Assembly: GCA_040400605.1 (NCBI GenBank)
Contig: JBBAPZ010000008.1
Coordinates: forward strand, 68,450 to 124,072
Reading direction: 5' to 3'
Origin: Candidatus Sericytochromatia bacterium
GTDB lineage: Bacteria; Cyanobacteriota; Sericytochromatia; S15B-MN24; JAQBPE01
DNA length: 55,623 nt
Numbering within the stretch: position 1 is the stretch's first letter; the number at the start of each line of letters is the position of its first letter. The notes under the pieces are model-generated. The model ran no database searches. It was not told where the DNA came from and worked only from the letters and a program-made list of their open reading frames with translations. Position numbers and translations under genes: made by a program. This document shows, piece after piece, positions 1 to 9,286 of the stretch.

Positions 1-2
1 TC

Positions 3-236
3 CCCGAAATCGACTTGACCCAGGATGATCCCGAAGCCAAAATCTCGCGCAAACATGCACGCATCACCATCAAAAACGGGGGTTATTTGCTGGAAGACAT
101 CGGTTCATTGAACGGAACTTATATCAATCGAGGTCCCCGTCTTGTTCCTGGCAGCCCTCATTCCCTTCAGACTGGCGACGAAGTGGTGATGGGACGCACT
201 TTTTTTCGCTTTGTTCAAAGTGAACAATCCGAATGA
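3..236 (+). CDS. FHA domain protein, C-terminal part (5' end outside window)
   Basis: Open frame from position 3 (PEIDLTQDD...). FHA motifs ISRKHARI and EDIGSLNGTYIN. Confidence 0.85.
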   Translation, partial: PEIDLTQDDPEAKISRKHARITIKNGGYLLEDIGSLNGTYINRGPRLVPGSPHSLQTGDEVVMGRTFFRFVQSEQSE

Positions 237-290
237 CCGTGATGCATCCCGCGCATCCAACCGTTGCCCTGACACATTGTATACGGAATC

Positions 291-318
291 TTGATTTTGT
301 TTTTATTTCCTGTATACT
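291..318 (+). promoter_or_regulatory. Putative sigma70 promoter for the 412 gene
   Basis: TTGATT (291-296), 16-nt spacer, TATACT (313-318) in an AT-rich gap. Confidence 0.4.
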
Positions 319-411
319 ATTCCCATCGGGCGCAATGTTTTAAGCCAAGGACCTTTGTTCAGTTTTTTTGTGGGCCCCTGTGTGGGCGGTGGTTAACCGG
401 AGGTTGTTCAG

Positions 412-1209
412 GTGACAAGTCGAAGCAGGCTTTTAATCTGGAAACTGATTGGTGTCTGCGTGGTGGCGACGGGCAGTGGTTGCCTGTTGCCGCAGCCTCA
501 CACGCCGCCTGTCGGGCTTGGTTTGCCGGAGGTAGCGTTCAATTTGCCGCGAGTGGCCCAGCCAGCCGATCGTACTGGATTACCCACAACCGACCGTTCG
601 GAAGGGGTGATTCAACCGGTTGAGGGTGACCCCAAGAATACATTGGGTGGTGCGGTCAGCCCGGTTTGGCAGCAACCGTTGTCGCCCCAGCAGATAACTA
701 ACGGAAATACCAATGGCCCACCCATCGTTGAACCGCCATCACAAGGCTCGATATCAGTGGGGTCTGGGAAGATTCCCGACACAAAAGCGCCGTTGGAAAA
801 CTCTACAGGAAGTTTGGCAGGGACGCCAGTCACCCCTCTGGCGGGTTGCCTGATTGGGGTTAGCAGTGGGCAATTGGTGATTGAGGCGCCGACGGATTTG
901 GATTACGAATTGACTGATCCAGATGGTTCAGCCAAGGAATGCCAAATCACTGAAAGCGGTTTCAAGGGGCGAATCTGGCAAGTGTCAGCGGGTGTTCAGC
1001 GCATCACGATCCGGATCACCAAACCAGTCGCAGCCAAATTCACTGCAGAAGTTCAGATACAGCCTCTCAAGAAAAGCAGTGCCCAAATTTATCAAGATCC
1101 CCTGACGCAAGCGTGGGGGCTGCGCCTTTTCGAAGAGACAACCAGCGGTGAGTCGCCTACGGGTAACAAACAGTCTACTGCGGTGAGCGGCGCCTCAAGC
1201 GGTACATAA
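412..1209 (+). CDS. Hypothetical lipoprotein, Pro/Gly/Ser-rich
   Basis: 265-aa ORF with GGAGG upstream. Basic N-terminus, hydrophobic stretch and lipobox-like SGC. Confidence 0.65.
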   Translation: MTSRSRLLIWKLIGVCVVATGSGCLLPQPHTPPVGLGLPEVAFNLPRVAQPADRTGLPTTDRSEGVIQPVEGDPKNTLGGAVSPVWQQPLSPQQITNGNTNGPPIVEPPSQGSISVGSGKIPDTKAPLENSTGSLAGTPVTPLAGCLIGVSSGQLVIEAPTDLDYELTDPDGSAKECQITESGFKGRIWQVSAGVQRITIRITKPVAAKFTAEVQIQPLKKSSAQIYQDPLTQAWGLRLFEETTSGESPTGNKQSTAVSGASSGT

Positions 1210-1249
1210 ACCGCTATGAATGTAAACCGTGTTATGCCTGCGAACGACT

Positions 1250-1275
1250 GACGGCCGTGTCCAACACGGCCTGTC
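1250..1275. terminator. Hairpin between convergent genes
   Basis: GGCCGTGT-cca-ACACGGCC inverted repeat. Confidence 0.4.
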
Positions 1276-1282
1276 GGTATGG

Positions 1283-1501
1283 TCATCGGCCGGCATCGAG
1301 GTGCTTGAGCATGTCCGGTAGCGCATCCATCGCCATCTGGTAGCGCACTTGCTCCCGCGCATCGGCTAACTGCGCAATCAAGGCATTAAGACGCTTCTCA
1401 GCGTGGCGTAGATCCTTAAGCGTCACCGTCTCAAAAACACCTTCAATCTGTGCCTTGATCTCGGCCTGAGTCGTACCGACGTCGTTATCCACGCTGACCA
1501 T
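1283..1501 (-). CDS. Small helical/coiled-coil hypothetical protein (72 aa)
   Basis: ATG at 1501 just after the stop of the upstream gene, with G-rich SD. Amphipathic helical sequence. Confidence 0.55.
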   Translation of the reverse strand: MVSVDNDVGTTQAEIKAQIEGVFETVTLKDLRHAEKRLNALIAQLADAREQVRYQMAMDALPDMLKHLDAGR

Positions 1502-1505
1502 CCCC

Positions 1506-2216
1506 CTAAGCATCATTCGATTCATCAACCAGCCCGTCCGCACGCATCCGCAGTGACTGCCGATGCCAAGCGCCTGTGCGATCACGCCTCGCAAGCGTGA
1601 TCCGAGAACGGCGAATATCCCATTCCCAAGTCAAATCAGAGTCACAACGCTCGTACACCTTCATAAAACGCGCATCAGGTCGATCACGTCGATAAATCTG
1701 AAACGTTACCCTTCGCCTCATACCCATCGGCTGACCCTGCGCCAAAATCTCACCCTCACCGTCCCCGTCAAGATCCAATAACGCCACCGCCGACGCCCGA
1801 CCTGGCAAGGAATCACCCGCCTTGCTCACAAACTGCACCCGTTCGTACACACCAACAGACGTCTCGCGATACAACACCAAACGAGTCTCGTCATCCCAAT
1901 CGCTCAAAGCCCCCTGAAACGGTACGTACAGGCCCACCAACCACTGCTTCGCACCGACTGATCCCATCCAACATATCTCATGACCCAAGTCGCCCAAGCG
2001 CCGCGCGACATCCGACTGCCCAAACAACAACGGGGCCGGTGCCTTCGCAAATCCCGAAAGCAACACGCCACACAACACCACCACCATTGACCGAAAACCG
2101 CGCACGCAAAGCCTCTCCACCATCACCCAACCCCAAGTAAGCCAGGCGTCCATCACACCGTCAGAATGAATGGACCCCCGACCGTGCGGCTCAATCGCGT
2201 ACCGGGCCACACCCAC
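1506..2216 (-). CDS. Exported hypothetical protein with a DxDGDG (FG-GAP/VCBS-like) Ca-binding motif; true start probably internal (about 2123)
   Basis: Signal-like hydrophobic segment and LLDLDGDGEGEIL. Confidence 0.55.
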   Translation of the reverse strand: MGVARYAIEPHGRGSIHSDGVMDAWLTWGWVMVERLCVRGFRSMVVVLCGVLLSGFAKAPAPLLFGQSDVARRLGDLGHEICWMGSVGAKQWLVGLYVPFQGALSDWDDETRLVLYRETSVGVYERVQFVSKAGDSLPGRASAVALLDLDGDGEGEILAQGQPMGMRRRVTFQIYRRDRPDARFMKVYERCDSDLTWEWDIRRSRITLARRDRTGAWHRQSLRMRADGLVDESNDA

Positions 2217-2241
2217 AAAAAATACCCAATCAACAAATATC

Positions 2242-2292
2242 GATTAAGAAGAGATTAAACACTGGTTAATTTTTAATAGTTATGATTATAAT
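2242..2292. promoter_or_regulatory. Three G(A/G)TTAA direct repeats at 11-bp period plus TATAAT; OmpR/PhoB-type operator candidate
   Basis: GATTAA at 2242 and 2253, GGTTAA at 2264, TATAAT at 2287-2292, in a divergent intergenic region. Confidence 0.45.
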
Positions 2293-2335
2293 TAAGAGAG
2301 AAGCGGGGTTGCTTGACCAAGGAGAATGATCAGCA

Positions 2336-2566
2336 ATGAAACGTTCCATCAAGCCGGGTGATCTGGTGCGTTTGATCAGTGAACCACGTTCATCGAGACT
2401 TGAGCGTCTGATGGGTCAACCGAGCATCGTCACGTCAATACAAGGTGACCAGGTTCCCCCCAAGGTTATCATTGCCGTGTTTGACCCAACCAAACGGGAC
2501 ATCGAGCGCATCCGCTGTCGTGAAGATGATCTCGAACTGATTCACTCAACCTCGGTACACGCGTGA
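2336..2566 (+). CDS. Small hypothetical protein, possible SH3/KOW-like beta-barrel
   Basis: AAGGAG SD. IKPGDLVRL start and ...EDDLELI end pattern. Confidence 0.65.
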   Translation: MKRSIKPGDLVRLISEPRSSRLERLMGQPSIVTSIQGDQVPPKVIIAVFDPTKRDIERIRCREDDLELIHSTSVHA

Positions 2567-2575
2567 CGACAAACG

Positions 2576-3250
2576 TCACGGGGCCTGGAGGCCACCCGCC
2601 TCTTTCATCAACTCTGACAAATCCGTGGTTTCATACCCGCTCGGAACGGAAAACGCGCTGACGGGGAGTGCTGACTGAGTGGAAAACTGGTTGGCCGTGT
2701 AAGAAAATGTTGGCTTGTTTTTGTCAAAGTAGGTCATGCGCAATGGAATGTCATGCACGGTGGACAGCCACACCTTGAAATGACCATCTTTCGCGCGGTG
2801 TTCCCAAATGTTGCACACCAGGCCTGCCACCGTCTCACGGCCAACGCGCGTGCCTGTTGCTCGGGCGCTGTCTGCGAAGCCCTTAAGACTAAAAGTGCTT
2901 AACTTTTGAAGTGACTTGTTATCGACGATGTCGTTCATCGACGTTGCTTCAACTTTCATTGCCTGTTTGTCTTCGACGTTCAACAAGGTCAACATTTTGC
3001 CGCCGTCTTTTGCAATCACCACAGTGAAGGCCGACGCACCATCGGCATTTTGTGGCGGTGACATTTCCAAGCGAATCAGCCCGCGCTGATAATACAATTT
3101 GTTGGGAACCTGGGTTTTTGAGCCGTCCAGTTGATAACTCACGGCTTCGCCAACCAACGTAAACGTCTCAGGAACAGCCCAGGCTGGCGCGGCAAACAAC
3201 GCCATGCCGGCCACCAAGCAGCTTGAACCCAAATGTTTCGACTGACGCAT
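2576..3250 (-). CDS. Exported DUF4412/LolA-like fold protein
   Basis: Signal peptide (APAWA). GRETVAGLVC, KVWLS..IPLRM and FSVPSGY motifs. AAGGAG SD. Confidence 0.65.
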   Translation of the reverse strand: MRQSKHLGSSCLVAGMALFAAPAWAVPETFTLVGEAVSYQLDGSKTQVPNKLYYQRGLIRLEMSPPQNADGASAFTVVIAKDGGKMLTLLNVEDKQAMKVEATSMNDIVDNKSLQKLSTFSLKGFADSARATGTRVGRETVAGLVCNIWEHRAKDGHFKVWLSTVHDIPLRMTYFDKNKPTFSYTANQFSTQSALPVSAFSVPSGYETTDLSELMKEAGGLQAP

Positions 3251-3291
3251 TCACAACACTCCTTGCTCTGAGCTCCGATCGTTTCAAAAGA

Positions 3292-5028
3292 CTACCAGTT
3301 TTTTTGTTCAGCGACAAAGTGTTCCGCCCAATCCGCTGAACCATCAGACCAGGCTTGAGCGTCGTTCTCCGCCTGGGCACGTGATTGTTCACGCTCTTCG
3401 TGTTCGAGCGCTTCCAAGAGTGCGTCAACCTCCGCGGCCTTGGGGAGATTCGGGGCCTGCGTAACGGTCTGCGGCGCTTGGGTACGCGACGCCTGGGCAC
3501 CCGACTGTTGAGACGGCGGCGTCGAGCGCGGCGATTGGGCGTTCTTTTTGAGTCGCGCCCGGGCAAGTTCGAGGTTCTGTCGGGCTTCCACATCATCCGG
3601 GGTTTGTTTGACAACTTGTCCATAAGCGGCGATCGCTTGCTGGTAACCATCCGCACGTCCACGTTCCGCTAACCGAAACCAGGCGTTGCCCAAGTTGTAG
3701 CGGATAGTTGGATGCAAATGGTCGGGCCCAGCGGCAAGGGCTGCTTCAAACGACTGTTTGGCCTTGGCAAATTGACCGGCCTCGTATTGGATATGTCCCA
3801 GGTTGTACAACAACGTGGCGTCGTTGGGGTGATCGCGCAAGGCAAAGCGCAGTCGATTCTCGGCAAGCGCAAACTGACCCTGTTGCGCTGCTTGAAGCGC
3901 CTCGCGATTCAATAACCAATGTGGCCATGCGGAACCTTTCAACAGGACCGATGGCCCAAACGCGAAACCTGCTCCAATCAAACCGTGTAGGAGCCAAGCC
4001 CCCGCCCGGCGTCCGAGAGGTCCTGCATCACCAAACACAATACCCAACTCCAGCAACTGCTCCACGGCGAGCAGCAACAATGCCAGCGCCAAGATCCACT
4101 GAAAGGGAGCCACCACGCCAGCATCAGGCACGGTGGGCGGTTCGGCTCTCCCCGCCCGAACGGATGTCAACGAGGCAAACACCTGGGCACCCGTGGACTC
4201 GTCTTCGGCGGCAAGATAGCGTCCACCGGTTTCAAACGTCCATTCCTGCATCGCAGTCTCGCAGCGGCGGCTAATCACAGGCTCTCCACGATACGTCAGA
4301 TAAGCGGCATCTCCCCACGCCGCTTCACGAATGGGAATCTTGCCCCCTTCATTTGACCCGAGCCCAACGATAAATAGACGCACGCCCTTGTCGCGCAGGA
4401 CCCTGAGCGTTGGCCGGATGTCACCGCTCACCGTCTCGCCGTCACTCATCAATACCAATACCCGTTCACCTTTGTCCGGCATCCACTTCAAGGCTTCTTG
4501 CAACCCAGCTTCAACGCGGCTCCCAATTCCGCCAACCAAGCCAGGCTGCGCTTGTCCCAGCAAGGTGCGAACGGCAGCAAAATCGGTCGTCAGGGGCACC
4601 AGCACCTGGCCTTCTCCCGCGAAACCGGTCAAGCCCACACGTAAGCCATCCAGTTGCGCCAAGCGTGCAGAAACATAGGCGCGGGAGGCTTCAAGACGGG
4701 ATGCGCCTTGACAGTCACGCGCTGACATCGAACGGCTGAGGTCCATGACAAACATGACGCTTCCGGATGTTTCGGAAGCATTCGTTCCAAACGGACGCAG
4801 ACCAGGACCAGCAAGCGCCACAATCAACAGCGCCATCATCACGCAACTTAAAATGATGCGCCAGCGTGAACGCAACTCCCCCCAACGGATGCCCATTTTA
4901 TGGGAAGCTGGATCGCCAATGATTTTCAATGTTGCTTCCATATTGAGCCGATGACGCCACCAGACGAGACTGAAGATCCAAGGCAGCAACACCAGCAAGA
5001 GCAGCAAAAACGGCGAAGCGAAAATCAT
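3292..5028 (-). CDS. batB: BatB-like VWA domain fused to BatC-like TPR domain
   Basis: N-terminal TM, MIDAS DLSRSM, SDGE, TPR repeats (YNLGH, YNLGNAWF, ARQNLELA). ATG at 5028 overlaps the batA stop. Confidence 0.8.
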   Translation of the reverse strand: MIFASPFLLLLLVLLPWIFSLVWWRHRLNMEATLKIIGDPASHKMGIRWGELRSRWRIILSCVMMALLIVALAGPGLRPFGTNASETSGSVMFVMDLSRSMSARDCQGASRLEASRAYVSARLAQLDGLRVGLTGFAGEGQVLVPLTTDFAAVRTLLGQAQPGLVGGIGSRVEAGLQEALKWMPDKGERVLVLMSDGETVSGDIRPTLRVLRDKGVRLFIVGLGSNEGGKIPIREAAWGDAAYLTYRGEPVISRRCETAMQEWTFETGGRYLAAEDESTGAQVFASLTSVRAGRAEPPTVPDAGVVAPFQWILALALLLLAVEQLLELGIVFGDAGPLGRRAGAWLLHGLIGAGFAFGPSVLLKGSAWPHWLLNREALQAAQQGQFALAENRLRFALRDHPNDATLLYNLGHIQYEAGQFAKAKQSFEAALAAGPDHLHPTIRYNLGNAWFRLAERGRADGYQQAIAAYGQVVKQTPDDVEARQNLELARARLKKNAQSPRSTPPSQQSGAQASRTQAPQTVTQAPNLPKAAEVDALLEALEHEEREQSRAQAENDAQAWSDGSADWAEHFVAEQKNW

Positions 5029-6056
5029 CGCGACAGACGTCCCGGCAACGCCACAAGCAGTCGCCATCCCCTCAACTGCAGAAACTGCAACAACAGGAAC
5101 ATCACCAGGACACCCACCACCAACGGGGCATAACGGTCCTCAAACACGCGCTGCCGACGAACCTCAAATGGCGTTTTTTCAAGCTTCTCGATGGCAGCGT
5201 ACACCCGACGCAACCCTTGGGTGTCCGTTGCACGGAAATATTGTCCACCGGTCAGACTCGCGATTCGCTGCAACGTTTCTTCGTTAATCTGTGGCAAAAT
5301 CAATCGACCCTCGCCGTCTTTCAACCACGTTTTTCGCCCATCCGCGTCAAGCACCGGAATCGGCGCGCCCCCTGGCTGCCCCACTGCAATCGTGTGCACG
5401 CGCACGCCCTTGACGCGTGCCATCGCCGCCGCCTTGAGCGGTTCAAGGTAGCCTGAATTGTTTTCGCCGTCGGTAAACAAAACAATGACCCGCCCCTTGG
5501 GATTGGATTCCTTCAACCGGTACAACCCGTTGCCAATCGCGTCCCCAATGGCGGTTCCATCCTGGCGCACAGTCGTAAAATCAATCCGGGCCAACGCCTG
5601 TCGCAACATGGCATGGTCACGTGTTAACGGAACCACCGTCACGGAACGCCCCGCAAATGCAACCAAAGCCAACCGGTTGTCCGGATTGTTTGAGATGAAG
5701 CCACCAATGACCTCACGCGCAGCAACCAGGCGATTAATCGGTTGAAAATCCTCGGCTCGCATCGAACCCGAAATGTCAAGCGCCAGAACAATATCCACTC
5801 CCTGCTGCGATTCATTGACCCACAGTCCTTCACTTTGCGGACGAGCCAACGCCACGACCAATCCCACAACGACCAATCCGCGACACAGTTCAAGCACAAT
5901 CGTTCGGACCCCGGCAAGCCGATAGCCATTAACCGCCATTGCCGCAACCCCAGGCAACGGGACACCCCGTGAGACACGCCAAAAACGTGCCCGTAACGCC
6001 CACAACAAAGGCAAACACAAGAGCAGCAGCAATGCCTCCGGGTCCGCGAAACGCAC
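5025..6056 (-). CDS. batA: BatA-family VWA membrane protein
   Basis: MRFADPEALLLL, ALARPQ, MIDAS DISGSM, GTAIGDAI, TDGENNSG, TGGQYFRA. Confidence 0.9.
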   Translation of the reverse strand: MRFADPEALLLLLCLPLLWALRARFWRVSRGVPLPGVAAMAVNGYRLAGVRTIVLELCRGLVVVGLVVALARPQSEGLWVNESQQGVDIVLALDISGSMRAEDFQPINRLVAAREVIGGFISNNPDNRLALVAFAGRSVTVVPLTRDHAMLRQALARIDFTTVRQDGTAIGDAIGNGLYRLKESNPKGRVIVLFTDGENNSGYLEPLKAAAMARVKGVRVHTIAVGQPGGAPIPVLDADGRKTWLKDGEGRLILPQINEETLQRIASLTGGQYFRATDTQGLRRVYAAIEKLEKTPFEVRRQRVFEDRYAPLVVGVLVMFLLLQFLQLRGWRLLVALPGRLSR

Positions 6057-6058
6057 GC

Positions 6059-6622
6059 CTAGCCTCCCGTCAAGGAACCAGTTTCGCGCAACTGGTCCTG
6101 TACCGTCACATCACCCCAACCCTTTACCAACGCTTGGGCTTCGTGCAAGCGGGATAGCATCTCCTCGGTTCTTACCGAAACATGCGAAAACTTCACCAAA
6201 TCACAACTCTCAAGCAACGCGCCGAGGCGACCCAACTCACCGGAATCAACCGAGGCCGCATCAAGTCTGCCCAAAAGTTCAGAAGTGGTCAGGCGCTGTG
6301 CTGGACACGCAAAGTGCGCGCTCAAGACAGCCCGCAAAATGTAGCTCAGCTTGAAATGAAACTCACGTGCCCGTTCGGTTATTAACCATTCAGGCCCGTC
6401 CAGACGTCCCAATTGCGCAAGCGCAGAAACACCTTTAGGGCTTCTGGCCCGAAACTCGGACTTGCCGCGTTCAGGCGCAACGCGACTGCGCCCAATCAAC
6501 CACAAAAGCCGACCGAGCACCAGCATCAACGAAACAATGACCAGCCAGAACCAGAATCCAGGCGCAATTGGCAGTGCTGGTTTAAGACCGTGTATATCCG
6601 TCATTTCTGCGAAACCGTCCAC
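6059..6622 (-). CDS. DUF4381-like membrane protein of bat operons
   Basis: DIHGLKP followed by a TM, LTTSEL, CDLVKFS. Immediately upstream of batA. Confidence 0.7.
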   Translation of the reverse strand: MDGFAEMTDIHGLKPALPIAPGFWFWLVIVSLMLVLGRLLWLIGRSRVAPERGKSEFRARSPKGVSALAQLGRLDGPEWLITERAREFHFKLSYILRAVLSAHFACPAQRLTTSELLGRLDAASVDSGELGRLGALLESCDLVKFSHVSVRTEEMLSRLHEAQALVKGWGDVTVQDQLRETGSLTGG

Positions 6623-6782
6623 ACATTCTGCGGCCCTATCTTATCACGTCAGCCAGCGCATGCTCATTGTATTTCGCCGATCCTTTCAGTGAGAATTGCG
6701 ATCATGATCACAAACACCAGTCGCGAAATCAGGTAACATAATCACGGTATCCATCAGGCAGTCTTGAGAGCGAGGGTTCACA

Positions 6783-7163
6783 ATGAGCTTGGACAACATG
6801 CCGGGAACACAACCTGACGAGCAGTTTCGCTTGCTTCGCGCCGCGCTAAGTGGGGAAGCGGAGAACATGCCAGAGATCGTGGCGATTTTCCAGCAAATCA
6901 AAAACTTGCGTGAAAGCGATCGCTCACTGCGCTCCATCCGGCGAAACCTTGACCTGGACAATGTGCCCGTCTTGGAGCCCATCGATGAAGCGCCCCTAAC
7001 GGCGCAGGAAGAAAACCCGGTCCCGACGGAACTATCCCAACTCATTGAGTCATTTCTACAGTTGAAACGCGAAAAGGAAGAACTGGCAGCGCAATTGGCA
7101 CGCGTCAGTGCGAACGCTGATGATCTGGAAGCGCGCGTTCGCAATTTTTCACAGCAAGACTGA
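6783..7163 (+). CDS. Hypothetical coiled-coil protein
   Basis: 126-aa ORF, GAGGG SD, heptad-like C-terminus. Confidence 0.7.
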   Translation: MSLDNMPGTQPDEQFRLLRAALSGEAENMPEIVAIFQQIKNLRESDRSLRSIRRNLDLDNVPVLEPIDEAPLTAQEENPVPTELSQLIESFLQLKREKEELAAQLARVSANADDLEARVRNFSQQD

Positions 7164-7190
7164 ACTTCACACCGGGTAAACCGTACAGGA

Positions 7191-7219
7191 TTGACTCGCT
7201 CCGTGAAACGTGGCAGAAT
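7191..7219 (+). promoter_or_regulatory. sigma70 promoter of tRNA-Leu
   Basis: TTGACT, 17-nt spacer, CAGAAT with TG extension. Confidence 0.6.
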
Positions 7220-7230
7220 CGACTATCTTT

Positions 7231-7309
7231 GCTCAGGTGGCGGAATGGCAGACGCGCACGTTTGAGGGGCGTGTGGGAAACCGTATGGGTTCAAGTCCCA
7301 TCCTGAGCA
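7231..7309 (+). tRNA. tRNA-Leu(GAG), CCA not encoded
   Basis: Acceptor GCTCAGG/CCTGAGC, anticodon loop TT-GAG-GG, variable arm, GGTTCAAGTCC. Confidence 0.95.
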
Positions 7310-7315
7310 CTCATC

Positions 7316-7353
7316 GAAGGGAGAGCCTGATCCAAGGCTTTCCCTTTTGTTTT
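7316..7353 (+). terminator. Rho-independent terminator (possibly bidirectional)
   Basis: AAGGGAGAGCCT/AGGCTTTCCCTT stem followed by a T-tract. Confidence 0.8.
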
Positions 7354-7373
7354 GCGTGGCGATCGTTGACGTC

Positions 7374-8474
7374 TCAGGTCAATGCGTTGAGGGCGGCGGC
7401 CAGTTCGTTCAGGCCGCCGCGCAATTGTTCCGCATCGCGATGTCCAAAGCCAATTCGCAGATATCCCGGATAACCAACTGTCGACGCGGGTACCACGAAA
7501 GTGCGCGATGTCTGATACAGCGCCCGCGCAAACTGCCGGTCGTCGAGCCACTGCTCGCATCCGAGCAGAAAAGTGCCGGTGCTCGCGGACAAGCGCGGCC
7601 GCTTGACAGACGCCGACCAATCGCAGGCGTTGACGATGGCCTGATTCCGTTCAAGCAAAGCCTGGTTCCAGGCAAGCAAATTTTGACGTTGGGGCCAAAG
7701 GGCGTTCACCAGTGCGACTGCACTTGAAGCCAGCGACAATGAAAGGTGTTCACGCCAGACAACGGCGTCATTGATCACCGCTTCTGGTGCAATCAGCCAG
7801 CCGACGCGGGCGCCTGGCAATCCCCAGGATTTGGATACTGAATTTGAGACAAGCCAGCGCGGGTGGTGCTTATGCGTTAGCTCAGCAGTGGCGCCAATGC
7901 CTACTCCTTCGTACACCTCATCAAGCAGCACCAACGTGTCGGGCCATGCGTCCAAGCGGCGGTTCAATGCCGCCCGGTCCTCGAACGTCAACTGTCGACC
8001 GGTCGGACTGTGGGGAAAATTCAAGACCACCAGTCGCGTTTTGGGTCCCCATAGAGCATCCAGCGCGGACCAATCCAGTGGCGCGTCATCCGCCGGCAAA
8101 AACCACGGCAAAAACCGTGAGCCCAATCCCTCGACGACGCAAGGCACTTGCGGATACACCGGGTACTGTCCAATGACCTCGTCACCGGCACGCAACAGGC
8201 AAGTGAGCGCGAGAAAGTTGGCTTCCACGGCACCGTGGGTTAGCAGCACCTGGGATGCCGTACAGCCGTAAGCGTCGGCAAGGCGTTCGCGCAATCGGCG
8301 ATCGCCGGCCGGCTCACCGTAAGCCCAGTCGCCAAGCAGGTCGAACCCCTCCGGCAAAAATCGGGCCAAGTCATCTCGGCTCAAGGCACCAACAGCGGTT
8401 GAACCCAAGTTGAAGCGGTAAGGACCGGGGTGTTCCGTGAACCACTGTTCCAGAGGCGATCGCTCAAACCGCAT
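7374..8474 (-). CDS. PLP-dependent aminotransferase class I/II
   Basis: NFPHSPTG, DEVY, NSVSKSWGLPGARVGW (PLP Lys), LRIGFG. Start taken at MRFERSPLEQWF. Confidence 0.85.
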   Translation of the reverse strand: MRFERSPLEQWFTEHPGPYRFNLGSTAVGALSRDDLARFLPEGFDLLGDWAYGEPAGDRRLRERLADAYGCTASQVLLTHGAVEANFLALTCLLRAGDEVIGQYPVYPQVPCVVEGLGSRFLPWFLPADDAPLDWSALDALWGPKTRLVVLNFPHSPTGRQLTFEDRAALNRRLDAWPDTLVLLDEVYEGVGIGATAELTHKHHPRWLVSNSVSKSWGLPGARVGWLIAPEAVINDAVVWREHLSLSLASSAVALVNALWPQRQNLLAWNQALLERNQAIVNACDWSASVKRPRLSASTGTFLLGCEQWLDDRQFARALYQTSRTFVVPASTVGYPGYLRIGFGHRDAEQLRGGLNELAAALNALT

Positions 8475-8620
8475 ACCACATCGCAGCTCACTTTTCGCAT
8501 GCATCATAACTACCACCACCATCAAAACTGTCGACCGTCTGCTGCTCACAGTGCGCCTCGACCATAGTATCAATGATACCAGTGGGTGGGCACCGTATCG
8601 TCGCGACAAAGGGGGAACAC

Positions 8621-8995
8621 ATGCCTCGTCGGTTCGAAGCACTTAAAAGCTTGCTGATGCAGCGTGCCACCCGGCTCGCCATCTTGTGTGAACGCGATCA
8701 CAATCCACCATTGACCGACGTCTCGTGCGGGACACAAGACGCCTACGGCAACTCGGGGGATAACGAGCTCGCGGACTGGGCAACGGACCTGTATGACAGA
8801 ACCTTGACTAGGAGCATGGATGCGCACCATCGCGACGAGCTGAAAACCGTTCGCGCAGCACTGGGGCGCCTCGAACGTGGCACCTACGGCCAATGCATCC
8901 GGTGCGCGCAAACCATCCCGCTTGGCCGGCTCAACGCGGTTCCCGAGAACCCTTATTGCCTGATGTGCGCGCTCGACGTCGAAGCCGAAGGCTAA
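8621..8995 (+). CDS. TraR/DksA C4 zinc-finger protein (YteA-like)
   Basis: ALGRLERGTYGQCIRC...RLNAVP..YCLMC; DNELADWATDLYDR coiled-coil tip. Confidence 0.85.
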   Translation: MPRRFEALKSLLMQRATRLAILCERDHNPPLTDVSCGTQDAYGNSGDNELADWATDLYDRTLTRSMDAHHRDELKTVRAALGRLERGTYGQCIRCAQTIPLGRLNAVPENPYCLMCALDVEAEG

Positions 8996-9286
8996 GCTTT
9001 CCGTATGACGAGGCGAACGCGGGTTGAGATGCATCACTGCACGCTCACAAAACGCCTGACCAGCCGGCATGACCAGAGATGCCGCGCACTTGGGCCATGC
9101 TGCCGGTTGCCGAGGGGGACCATACTTGCAGGCTTGGCGGATGCGGTGTAGGTTAATAGATTAGTCATCATCGTCGTCGCTCCCACATGGCGTCGGGTCA
9201 CCGCGGTTGTTGTTTTAATACCCTTGGTTCCCGGATGCATGGGAGAGAGTCACACTTTCAACTGTAGAAGCAGGAGTGAACAGTCT

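Noticed and set aside
8475..8642. N-terminal extension of the aminotransferase ORF
   Set aside because: Overlaps the divergent DksA/TraR gene and lacks family similarity; start moved to 8474.
9024..9037. FNR/CRP-like TTGAG-N4-ATCAC upstream of the oxidase
   Set aside because: Two mismatches and about 90 nt upstream of the best -35 candidate; could be chance.
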